Shown here piece after piece: positions 12,876 to 24,224 of a stretch of DNA of 64,000 bases. Origin of the DNA: Blasia pusilla (Eukaryota); contig CM114271.1 in NCBI GenBank assembly GCA_050084515.1, forward strand, positions 49,724,001 to 49,788,000, given 5' to 3'. The translations under genes were made by a program, and so were the position numbers. The number at the start of each line of letters is the position of its first letter. The stretch's first letter is position 1. The notes beneath the pieces are model-generated. The model was not told the DNA's origin and searched no databases. It saw only the letters and a program-made list of their open reading frames with translations.

Positions 12876-15800
12876 TTAAGGTGGGCTCCTGGTTATGTCT
12901 AGATTTGACTTGGATCTGATGAAACTTATACCAGGACGTTGATTTTGAACTAGCTCAACACTCCCGGAGGTGCTGCTTCTTTGGAAAACTCTCCTTTGAG
13001 GAAGCAGGGCCATGGATATGGAATCGTCTTCAAAAGAATGAGAATCGTCCAAAATGTGACACGAGTAGTTACCGTCCTCACTGGTGACGGGATCGGCAGA
13101 GCTATCGGCACTCGGAAGAAGCGACTGCAGTTCCTTGAATACTTCGTCCATACTCGGTCTGTCTTTGGACCGATCCCTCAAACATCTTGCCGCCAGTTTT
13201 GCTACGCTAGTAATTTCCTCCATTTCGCTCGCAAAATCGAGTCCTTGGGATAGAACGGGATCGACAAGTTTCCGTAACTGACCTGAACGTATGAGCGGAA
13301 GGGCATAGGCGCTGAGACCGTACTCCTCACGCGTGCCAGATCGGTCGATCACAGCTTGAGCAGAAATGAGCTCCAGAAGAATCACGCCAAAGCTGTAGAC
13401 GTCGCTCTTGGGTGTCGGCATGCCGCTTCCGAAATACTCCGGATCCATATACCCATAGGTTCCCGCCACGTGAAGTGTCTGCGTATTATCCCGAGGAGCT
13501 AGCTTGGAGATTCCGAAATCTGCAACCTTGGCTTTGAGGCTCTCGGTGAGAAGAATGTTGGCAGATTTCACATCCAAGTGGTAGATGACAGGGTCCGCGG
13601 AGTCGTGGAGGTATGCCAAAGCACCGGCTGTTTGCACGCCGATTGTAAGGCGCGATCTCCAAGTCAAGGGCGCTTCGCCGTGGGCTCTCCGCAGGTGATC
13701 GAGCAAGGTGCCATTGGGAACGTATTCGAAGACGAGAGCAGCGACCCTGTTTTCTAAGCAGCACCCGTACAGCTTCACGAGGTTCACGTGATTCACCCGG
13801 GACAGGATCTTGACTTCGTTGAGGAACTGGGTTTTATTCAGATCCGGACCGTCATGGTTGCTTTTCTTCACAGCCACCACGGAACCATCACTCAGAATGC
13901 CGCGGTACACAGTCCCGAAGCCACCGGCCCCGATCTTGCGGCTCTCGGTAAAATTATTGGTGGCCTTTCTGAGGTCCTTCAGAGGCATAGTCAAAGTCGC
14001 ACTCTCTCGCAAAACTGCTATAAGATCTGCGTCTTGGCGGTGTTTCCGTCTGTAGACTCTCGAGCGCCATACCAGCAACGCACAGCTGCCCACGGCGATA
14101 GCAATGGACACGCTTAGTACGACCACAAGTGCTCCGGGTCCTGATTTCTCGGAACACTCTTTGAGAGGGGGGCCACAGAGTCCTGGATTTCCAAAGAAAC
14201 TCGTCGCATTGCGAAGTCGGCAACCACCATATGGGAGCTGTCCCGAAAGGGAGTTCTCGGATAGATTGAGATATGCCAAACCTTCCATATCACACACGCT
14301 GTTGGGAACCCCGCCGGTCAATCTATTGTTCGACAAATCTATGTAGCGAAGGACCGGAAGGGTCCCATTGCTCCACTCCGTTGAAAGACTCCCCAACAAG
14401 GTGCTGCTGCTGAGGTCCAAGACTGTAAGAGACGTCAGTTCTCCCAAAATTTGGGGCAATCCTCCAGTGGAATTGATCCTGCTCAGATTCAGGTATTGCA
14501 AATCGAGAGAACTCAGGAACAGTATCTGCAGAAATCCCCTGAACAAGCTGACCATGGGATTGAGGCTGACATCCAACACCTGCAGATTCCTTCCACCCCC
14601 GGCTCTAATTTCCAAAGTTCCAATCAGGTTATTCCCTGCCAGTTGCAAGTCTTGAAGTCGCCAGCCTACATCGAGTTGGAATTGGTCTACGCGAATTGCC
14701 AGGTGGTTGTGCTGCATCCGCACCACCAGGAGATTTCGGAGGGAAAGTCTGGGGGGAAACGTCGTGAGCCGATTATGACTGAGGTCCAGATATGTCATCG
14801 ACAATTCTGAAGAATTCATAAGCGCCGCTTCGTCTTCTACACCCTCCAAGGAATTGAATGACACATTCAGGCTGTCCTGAACGCCGAGCAGCAACGCTAC
14901 AGTTAGGCTGCCGTTGAGCTGGTTTGCTGACAGGTCGAGACTGTCCCGTGTGCCCTGCCCGAATTCGCGAGGGATGACACCGGTCAAATTGTTGGAAGAC
15001 AGATCCAAATCGGAAATCCCACCAAACGCAGGTGGTATTGGTCCCTCCACTTGATTATGTGAGAGATTCATTTTTGTCACCCCCTGAAGACCATCCAGAC
15101 TAGCCAGTGTGCCATTCAGCTTATTGTCGGACAAGACGATTGTGCGGATCTGCGGCATGTTGGCGATCCCTGAGGGGATCGGTCCTTCAAGCTGGTTGTT
15201 TGACAAATCAAGTGTCTCGAGATTGACGAGGGCATCCAGACTCGGGATGATGCCGGTCAACTTATTGTGAGAAACATCGAAGAGGCTGAGATTCACCATT
15301 TTGGCGATCCCTGATGGCAGCGGTCCCTCCAAGTAATTGTTGGAAAGAATCAGAGTCACGAGGTGTATGACATTGTCGAGGACAGGGATCGTGCCAATCA
15401 AATCATTGTACGAGAGGTCCAAGATCTTGAGATTCCGCAAGTTCGCAATCCCTGATGGCATCGAGCCCTCTAACCGATTGCGAGAAAAATCGAGTTCCTC
15501 GAGATTTTCCAGACTATTCAGATTAGGTAGTGTGCCATTCAAATTGTTCTCCGACATGGTCAAACTCTTCAATGCCCGGAGTCCCCCGATGCTGCCGGGT
15601 ATGGTGCCCTCCAATTGATTATTCGAAATATCAAGCGTTATCAATCCCGTCAAGTTGCCAATCTCCGTTGATATCGAGCCCCCTAGTTTCTTCGTAGAAT
15701 CTTCTCCCAAATTGCTTAAACTGAGGTCCTCAACAGTAACGCTAGCGTTTCCTCTTCCACATCTCACCCCAGTCCATTGACAGACTGAGAACGTACTCGA

Positions 15801-16007
15801 CTCATCCCAATCCGCCAGCAAACCACCTGCATCTATAAAATCTCTTTTGATTGCAAGGAGTACTTGCTTTTGCGCTTCTTCTTGCGCAAGCACAGTGGGA
15901 CTGTGCACTACGGCGCAGTACGTAAAGAATAGAAACAACAACTTGGAGATTCGATGTTGTGACGGATGGAGAGGAGCGTCCGTAGAACACGGACACACAA
16001 GACCCAT
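12876..16007 (-). CDS. Leucine-rich repeat receptor-like kinase, 1043 aa, single exon, non-RD
   Basis: Signal peptide; LRRNT cap (LLADW...CQWTGVRC); about 20 plant LRRs (LxxLDLSxNxLxGxIP); GNPGLCG cap; TM (ALVVVLSVSIAIAVGSCALLVW); kinase motifs GAGGFG, VAVKK, HLDVKSAN, DFG, GTYGYMDPEY, SDVYSFG. Confidence 0.96.
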   Translation of the reverse strand: MGLVCPCSTDAPLHPSQHRISKLLFLFFTYCAVVHSPTVLAQEEAQKQVLLAIKRDFIDAGGLLADWDESSTFSVCQWTGVRCGRGNASVTVEDLSLSNLGEDSTKKLGGSISTEIGNLTGLITLDISNNQLEGTIPGSIGGLRALKSLTMSENNLNGTLPNLNSLENLEELDFSRNRLEGSMPSGIANLRNLKILDLSYNDLIGTIPVLDNVIHLVTLILSNNYLEGPLPSGIAKMVNLSLFDVSHNKLTGIIPSLDALVNLETLDLSNNQLEGPIPSGIANMPQIRTIVLSDNKLNGTLASLDGLQGVTKMNLSHNQVEGPIPPAFGGISDLDLSSNNLTGVIPREFGQGTRDSLDLSANQLNGSLTVALLLGVQDSLNVSFNSLEGVEDEAALMNSSELSMTYLDLSHNRLTTFPPRLSLRNLLVVRMQHNHLAIRVDQFQLDVGWRLQDLQLAGNNLIGTLEIRAGGGRNLQVLDVSLNPMVSLFRGFLQILFLSSLDLQYLNLSRINSTGGLPQILGELTSLTVLDLSSSTLLGSLSTEWSNGTLPVLRYIDLSNNRLTGGVPNSVCDMEGLAYLNLSENSLSGQLPYGGCRLRNATSFFGNPGLCGPPLKECSEKSGPGALVVVLSVSIAIAVGSCALLVWRSRVYRRKHRQDADLIAVLRESATLTMPLKDLRKATNNFTESRKIGAGGFGTVYRGILSDGSVVAVKKSNHDGPDLNKTQFLNEVKILSRVNHVNLVKLYGCCLENRVAALVFEYVPNGTLLDHLRRAHGEAPLTWRSRLTIGVQTAGALAYLHDSADPVIYHLDVKSANILLTESLKAKVADFGISKLAPRDNTQTLHVAGTYGYMDPEYFGSGMPTPKSDVYSFGVILLELISAQAVIDRSGTREEYGLSAYALPLIRSGQLRKLVDPVLSQGLDFASEMEEITSVAKLAARCLRDRSKDRPSMDEVFKELQSLLPSADSSADPVTSEDGNYSCHILDDSHSFEDDSISMALLPQRRVFQRSSTSGSVELVQNQRPGISFIRSKSNLDITRSPP

Positions 16008-19000
16008 TTGACGACTACTCCCAGCAAGCTCTGTCCCACATGTGCATATGCAACCTTGGCGCGTTACATAAGCGATCGCTTTTTCTGTTTTACGGATGTA
16101 ACAATCAACCTGTCAAGCAACGATAATTCGTCAAATTGATTCCCGAAATTTAACATTTCAGGGTATGCATAGGCTCCAGCTTAACCATCTCCAATTGCTT
16201 GAGAACCCATGAATCCAGCGCTGCCCAGCTTTCCTTCCGGTTCCCAAAGACTGAAGTGACCAATAACAAATGGGCGTCATGATCACAAGGTACTACCTGG
16301 CCAACAACAGCTGGTTACGGGAAGCTACATTTTCATGTTACTGCCAGGCTCCTGAAAGTTAAGTATAGTAGATTGCGCTCAGCGTCGCACTTTTGGTGAG
16401 TAGCAGCTGATATTCAAATCGTGTGTTGAATACATGATCATCATATACGTGTGCCACTCCACAGTAAGCTATCACTTCACATGCAGTATCCCTTCGAACT
16501 GGGTGTGATGCCCCTCCCACATCGAGCCCTAGACCTGACAGCCCAACCATCTACATTCTGGATCCAAGAAATAGTACCTTCTCCATGGGGAGTTGCCTCA
16601 CCAAGATGACCAAGTGACGTAGAAGAAAGTGATCTAAACAAGGTCCAGAAGCTAGTGAATCAATGATCCTTATCAAGCACATACCTTTCTGGTCTCATTC
16701 TTCTCGAGCACCGACAACTGATCTTCGAGCTCCAATATTTCCGCTCCAAATAAAAAACGACTTCCTCCATGGGACTGCCGACTTCACAGGAGCTCAACGG
16801 TATGTCTATTCCTCGGGAGCTTCGTCTGGATGCTGGTGATAAAGCAGGGAAAAGAGCTTACAACGTCTGAGTTTCGTATTCACGAATCTGAGCAAGACCT
16901 GTGGGGATTCCCCTTCGATTGGAATACAAAATCGTGAGGTCGTTCTAACGATTTTGTGCTCGCACTTAAATTCAGCAGCCAACACTTAAGATCTGGAAAC
17001 ATATCTTGCCTATGGATACGGCCCGCACGCTGCAGTCTACAGAACATCCCGTTCGTGGAAACGAAAACAAGGGTCACGCATAGCTCGGGGTTCAAATGAA
17101 GGGATCCATAAATAGAGCGTATAGCAAGTCAAATCATGAAGGTCAAACTGTGGAAAGAGCTTCAGGCAGAGCGTGTAGGGTACTAGAATGATGAAATCCC
17201 AACACTCTGCAAACGGCAGACATTCGGATTCGTCCACAAGTCAAGCAAATGCGAGGATTGAACTGGAAGTCGACTTCAGATTGCAAGCTCCATCTTGACC
17301 ACAGGATTCGACGCACTGGATGCAGGGTCGCTACTACAACTAGTAGGCTCCAGACTCTAGCCTTTCATTTCCGAGCTTCTGCGAACGCAAACTGGTCCAG
17401 GTCTACGCGTACGAAACTCGTCCGCAACGAACTACAAAAAAGGATTCCCGAAAAAAACTCTCACACCATCCATTTACCGCTCTTCTTCATATACCTGTCC
17501 ATTCCGAAGCGCGTGGCAGCTAAATGTAGACTCCAAGACTACCAGAGGTCTTTCATTCCGAAGGCGCTGCAATCACACATTCGTGGAAGGTGGTCTTTTC
17601 AACTTTTTTTGTGCACGTGTGTCATTCCGACCTTGTCACTTCCAATGAGCTGCATTTTAGAACAATTTCCGGAAAGATCCTCGTGCTCTAGCGACGCACC
17701 GTCAACAACCGCGAAAGACAGAAAACCCAAGAGAAAGTGCTTCGAGTTGCGCTGAATACCCACCATAGTCGCCTCGGGACCTCAAGCCATAGCATGGCCA
17801 CTAGCTTCGAATCCTGGCATCTCGTTGTGTACATACGGATCAACGGAACAAGTCCGTAGAACGACGCGAGTCATGATGCTCCAGAATCCCGCGCACTTCG
17901 CTCCGCCGTTCCAATGACCCACCAACACACCATCCCATCCATCGCCCGGGTACCCCGCATGTTTCCGTTTTTAGCTTGAGAACAAGAAAACCGAAATGCC
18001 TCCAAATTTCAAGTTCAGTTGACTTAGAACGAGTGCTTCGGTGGTCACTAACAAATTGTAGACTACTGATACGCAAGCCCGTTGTGGTACTTGCAAACTG
18101 CAAAGTATGCGCAAAACACTTACACAGCTGGAACATTGCACGTAGAATGAAAGCGGGATCCGAGACTAAACATTGTTGTGTCAAAGCGAGTCACTGATTC
18201 ACAACAGATTCTTCGACGACATTACCTAAGGGACGTTACCAGAACTGTGTCTCCAAACTCCTCTTAACCCTCGAGAGCGTTGCTTTGATCTTCATCCGGA
18301 GTTGAGATCAGGTCGCGGCCGTGGTGGAGTAGCTTCGAGAGGCCGAGGTGGTATGGGTGGTAGAGGTGGACCAGTGGTTGGAGAGCTTACAGTGGCCACC
18401 CCTACCACTACAACAGAGTCAGCTATGGCTGCCAAGATTGAGCAGTTGGACCAGAAGTTGGCTACTAGGGCTGGTATCCAGCATAGATCAAGTTCGGGAG
18501 CAGGGGCTTCCACCTCTTATGGAGGGGATGATCTCTCTTATATGGCGAAAAGACAAAAGTTGAGGTTGAAGATTCAAACGTTACGCCAAGAGGAGCCAAT
18601 TCTGAGAGGAGCCACTCGGCGTCGAGCCACGTGGTGCTCTCTGTGGAGTTGGGCCCCTGAGGGGTGAGGCCGGAGAGGAGCAGGCTTCCCAATTGGCCAG
18701 AGACTTTTTTGGGTCATTCTTGTTGTCTCGAGGTGCTTAGGACTCCATCCATGGTTCTTACGCAAGGAAGACCTATTGAGCCGGCAGTGGGGATTGGGGC
18801 ATCTACATCGCGTGTAGTAGACACGGATGCACTAAGACATCGATCTTGATTACGGATGGCAACCGGTGTTGGGATCCCCATTGTTTTTCGCCCGCCACGG
18901 AGCTAATGGCTTTAGGAGTTGCCTTAGCTCATGTATTTTGGACTAAGTCTTGTACCACGTTGTGTAAACATGGGGTATTATTCTTGCACGTCTTTGAGGT

Positions 19001-20024
19001 GGATGAGGATGTTGCGGTGGAGCGACCCTCTATGTTGTTGGTGTAGCATTGAGTACCAGTGCTACTTGGCGGTGGCGGCGGCGAAGATGGATGCACTACC
19101 GGCCCGGGCAGGTGGTGAGCCATTGATCGTGAGAGGCTTACACCTGGTGTAGGTATGTTGGACAACCGGAGTGGGATATTTCGATTGGTGAGTCCTACAG
19201 GACATGTGTATAGACCATATAGAGTCTTGTTAGACTCGGGTGCCCAACCTTTGATGTTGGGAAAGGCGGCATGTATTGGTTTGGGTATTCGGAGGTCAGA
19301 GCTTGAGCCTTGCCCATTCCAGATTCAAACATCACTTGGAGGCGCCAATGATAGGTCTCAATTCATGACACGAGAGAAGTTATGTACAGTTGAGACCAGA
19401 TCATGCGACTAATAGCTCTTGGTTGGGAGTACCTACAGTGGTCACATCAGGCGAGTCGTATGATGTACTAGTTGGAGGAGCAGTATTGTACCCAATGGGT
19501 TTTCATATGGACTACTGGACTGAGACATCGTCTTATAGACCTGGTTGGCAGTCCGGGGATGGACGTATGAACCAGGTTCCTGTGAGATTTATTTATGGGG
19601 CTCGACCAAGAGGGTCTTCCCCAACGGTGTTAGCATCTGTGGTTGGTTTTAGTGGAGTAGTCACTTGGCCAGGAGACTTTTTGGAGGGTAATCTTTTGCT
19701 ATGAACATCCAGCCAGGTTCACACAGTGAATCTAGGAGGTTGGAATCAAAAGTGTGGCGTGCAAAGCTGGATTCTCCTGTGAATGAGGAGGTAGAGGAGG
19801 TCCCTAGTTTTGCAGCAATGGCATCCTCATCGTTGGATGTGCCACTTTGGAGTTCAGGCGGTGCACTACGGCAAGAGGCTGATCGCCTAGTGCAGGAGGC
19901 TTGGTGTGAGGCTGGTATACCTTACAAGGAAGAGGAGGCCCCATGGCGGACTCCTACTTCTGGTCTAGTTGGGTTATCCCCTTTGGATACTACACCCATT
20001 GTATCGCAGTATCCGCTAGAGGGC

Positions 20025-20975
20025 ATTTGTGTGTTAGATCTCTTTGGTGGGATTAGCACTAGTTTGGCTGCAATGTTGTAGGCCGGTATTCCTCTGCGGA
20101 GATACCTGTATGTGGAGCGAGATGAGACGGCCCAGAGAGTCTCATCCCAACATATCGGTCACTTGATGTGGAGATATCCTGAGTTGTTGCCGCCATCAGC
20201 TATTCGTGGCTACCAGCGTGCTTTGCCGTCACACATTGCATTGTTGGGGGCGCAGGACCTTGAGAGGGTTGCTCCTGTGGATTTGGTGATTGCTGGATGG
20301 CCATGTCAGGGTCATACACGTGCTGGTCGTGGTGAGGGATTACACGACCCTAGGTCTCGATTGTTTTGGGAGATGTTACAGGTGTTACGACATCTTCAGG
20401 TTCATGAGGCACGTACTTCACCTTACATTTTGGAGAATGTTCCATTGTTGGGTGACACTCGGACCCGGATGATGGCGAGTGTTGATGAGGTGGGGTCTTG
20501 GATTGGACCAACGGTGTTGTTGGATGCAGCGCGAGTCGGCTCGCGTGCACATCGTCCACGCTTGTGGTGGACAAACTTGTTGCGTAGGGAGGTTCTACGT
20601 CGAGCATATGATGCAGTGCAGCGGGATCCTTGCCTTACACTGGATAGTATCTTGGATACTGGGCGACTTTCTCAGGTGGTGAGGGTTATTGATCGGTCAC
20701 CCATGGTAGTGGTGAATCGTGTGGGCCAGCCTAGGATGGCACTACCCACATTTGTGAGTTTTCCCTCGTCACATGCCTACAGGGAAGGTGGTCTCGGGCT
20801 TGTATGGGATTCTCATGTGCCAGAGTTGGTGAAGCCTAACGCTGATGAGAGAGAGCGTGCGATGGGATTTGCCACTGGTATGATAGTGGTTGCTTCCATT
20901 TATGAGGCTTCACGACGTCATGTGTTGGGTCAGGCCATGGACCTGAATTTTTTGACTTGGATTTTGAGTCTTGGT
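20025..20975 (+). pseudogene. DNMT3-like C5 cytosine DNA methyltransferase domain within pol of copy B, in frame with RT; one premature TAG at 20079-20081
   Basis: Motif I ICVLDLFGGISTSL; II YLYVERDE; IV DLVIAGWPCQG; V GLHDPRSRLFWEML; VI YILENV; VIII SRAHRPRLWWTNL; IX NADERERAMGF; X RRHVLGQAMD. Canonical (non-permuted) order. ORF 20112-21806 runs directly into RT. Confidence 0.93.
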
Positions 20976-21399
20976 ATGGCCGAGCAGCGTCGACTTCGGA
21001 CTATGTCTGTGGGTCTTCCACCCCTTGTGATGAGCTCGATGGCTACCAGGACGGTAGAGGCATCGGTTAGGGGCAAGGAGAGTAGTATTTTGCATCCTTG
21101 GAGTAAATGGGATGTAATGGATGGGCATGTGGAGTTGGTTGCTCATGCTGGTGGAGGAGTTATTTGCTCATATGATGGTGTAGCTAAGGGTGTACCATCT
21201 TGTGAGGGGTTCGTGAGCAGACCAATGGCGTCGTCCTCTCCCTCTAGTGTGCCAGTGGAGGAGACTTGGGAGCCATTACTTGGGCCCAAGCTTACGGGAG
21301 GTGAGAAACGATGCTTGACACAGTTCCTACGTGCTTATAGGAGTTGTTTTGCCTTTATCATGAAGGAGTTGGATGCTTTGGTTGGACCCGGTATACGGA

Positions 21400-23950
21400 T
21401 TGATTTGGCTAGTGATATGCCAATCTTTCGTCGTCCCTACCGATATAGTGATATGGAGAGGGACCTGATTCAAAGTAGGACGTTGGAACTTTTGGAGGCT
21501 GGATTAGTGGAGTTATCGCATGGAGAGTATGCATCAGCCACTGTCATTCCTGCTAGAAAGGATGTGCATGGCAACTACACGGATAGGCGGATGTGTGGAG
21601 ATTATCGTCCTATCAATTGGCACACCAAGGTTGATAGGTATGTCAGGCCTACACCTAAGGAGATCTTTGATGTGGTGGGACAGGAAAAGATTTTCAGTAC
21701 TTTGGATCTTCGGGCAGGATACCATCAGTTGCCGATTCGAGAGAATGACAAGGCCAAGACAACATTTTGGGGTGTCAACTCTCATGGCAAGGATTGTTTG
21801 TACTAGTGGAAATTCTTACCCTTTGGGTTGAAGAATGCACCTGCCGAGTTTCAGAGAGTGATGGACAGGATCCTAGCAGGGTTGGATTTTGTTCGGTGTT
21901 ACATTGATTATATCTTGGTGTTGAGTAACACGGTGGAGGAGAATCAGATACATTTACATATTTTGTTTGAGCGGTTGAAAGCTCATGGTCTACTTTTGCA
22001 TCGAGGAAAGTGTAAGTTCTTCCATGAGGATGTTGAGTACTTGGGTCATGTGATCTATCCAGGTGGTTTGGGAGTTCAACAAGCAAAGATGGAGGCAATT
22101 GCACTTATTCCTCATCCGGTAGATGTGAGTAGAGTTCGGGCATTCATGGGATTGGCGAACTACTATCGGAGGTATGTGAAGGGATTTTGTGCTATGGCAA
22201 AGCCTTTGAACCAATTGTTGAAATCTCTTATCTTACAGGAGTATGACTTCCAGGTGGTACATAGACCTGGAGTTGCCAACCTTGATGCTGATGGGTTGAG
22301 TAAGAACCCATGTACTAGCCAAGAGGATGCAATTGGGGCTAGATGGCATGGCGAGGTTGATGAGGAGATGGTGCCAGGTTGGCATGCATTCGCCTTTTTA
22401 TGTTGGTTAGGGATGGACTCTAGTATGGAGGACCACACGACATCTTACTCTAGTCAGAGGGTAGATGGCCAGCCTTCAGATCCTAAGGTTGGAGATGGTG
22501 GTACGGATCAACATGATATTCATGATGATGCGTTGGTGTTGGAGTTCCTACGGACCAGTAGGGTGCCAGGCATAGTGAGTGCCAAGGAGCGAGACTATGT
22601 TCTTCAACGTGCTAAGAGGTATCGATTGGAGGGAACACATATTCTCCGTGTGTGGGAGGATCGTAGAGTACGAGTAGTGCCGCATTTGGCTCAAAGAGAG
22701 CGCATTGTGCGACATGCCCATGAGGAGTTGGGACATTTTGGGGTAAAGCGTACGTATAGCTTACTCGTTGGTCAATATTGGTGGCATGGCATGCATACTC
22801 AGGTGCAGCAGTTGGTGTCACGTTGTATGGTTTGTGACTGGGTGAGGGCATCATTCAATACCCCTATACCACAGTTACATCTCTTGCCTATTATGGGGTT
22901 GGGTTACCGTTGGAGTGTGGACTTTGCGGGACCGTTACCGTTGATTGTACGACATCATCGATATGTGTTGGTGATGGTGGAGCACTTCTCCAAGTGGATT
23001 AAGTTGGTGGCATTACCTGACAAGGCAAGTAAGGGAACCGCGTATGCGTTTCTTGATAGAGTGCTTAGTCATTTTGGTGCACCAGCTGAAGTGCTGACCG
23101 ACCAGGGTACAGAGTTGCAGGGTGAGTTTCAAGTCTTGTGTGACAAGGCGTTGATTGAACACGTCTCGAGATCATCCAGAGGCAGATGGTTTGGCTGAGC
23201 CTGTGGTTCAGACGGTGAAGAGGGCATTACGCAAGTATGGCCTACAGAAGGGGCATCTTGGAGACTGGGATATTCAGTTGCCATGGTTAGCCATGGGGTA
23301 TAGGTTTAGTCGCCAAGCATCTTTGGCTTCCTTCTCAGCTTATTTTCTGTTATACGGCCGAGATCCAGACTTGCCAGCAGCAATTCGTTCGGGAATCTAG
23401 TGAGGTGGTGAACCTTGATAACCCAGAGATGTGGATGAGAGTGTGTTCTCAGCGGGCAGAGCTCTTTCGGAGAGTTATGCCAATAGCCTTTGAGAACCTC
23501 GCCATTCCTCAACACAGGGATACGTTGCGGTATGCAACCATTCGGGGTGGAAGTTATCGACCATCAATTCGTAGGTTCCATATGGGGGACTATGTCTATT
23601 TGCAGCACATCGCATCGACAACGTTGGATGTGACGGCAGGCCGCACTATTTTACGAGTGCACGAGGTGTTAGCTTCTGGATTTCTCATGTTGGAGGGTTG
23701 TGATGGAGTTGTTTGGAAGGACCATGTGCGTAATTGTGCGCCATATCATCTTCCAAATGTGGATGGTACTGTTGACCCAAGCTTAGCCATGATATGTGCT
23801 AGCTTAAGGTGCATGTTGTGTGGGTATGCCAGTAACGCAGCCCGTATGTTGGTGTGTGATCGGTGTTCTATGGGTTGGCACATGATGTGTTTGACTCCAC
23901 GTATGGATTTTATTCCTACTGGAAGGTGGGTTTGTCCTCGATGTACTTAG
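21400..23950 (+). pseudogene. RT - partial RNase H - integrase - PHD finger of copy B
   Basis: RRMCGDYRPIN, FSTLDLRAGYHQ, PFGLKNAPAEFQRVMD, YIDY (mutated YxDD), LQEYDFQVVHRPG..N..ADGLS, HAHEELGH...CMVC, WSVDFAGP, VLTDQGTE, HPEADGLAE, then a C4HC3 PHD CMLC...CDRC...HMMC...CPRC before the stop at 23950. Confidence 0.93.
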
Positions 23951-24224
23951 GAGAGGTAGATGACTTGATCTTTGCATGATATGGATTACACATAGGCGAC
24001 TAACAATGGGGCAACCTAGCACCTGGCATTCTGATTCGTGCACCCAAGAAGGTGTATAGCATGTAGTAGATGTATAGGGCTACAGGAGTTAGGGACCTAA
24101 CCTTGATTAGGGGCGAGTTATAGTACACTTGTGTTTGTGGATGCTCTCGTCTATGTTATGTATGTATGTGAGTATGGTATGTCAAGGATGTATGTTGTAT
24201 GACGATGTGGATTCGCATGACAGC

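Noticed and set aside
16560-18200. Possible exons or ORFs (e.g. 17249-17755) upstream of the LRR-RLK
   Set aside because: No recognisable protein and no consistent exon chain; may be UTR or intergenic sequence.
20025-20975. Host DNMT3/DRM gene or bacterial restriction-modification methylase (contamination or HGT island)
   Set aside because: Intronless, fused in frame to Gypsy RT, repeated in three element copies, with no cognate nuclease; the flanking genes are intron-containing plant genes.
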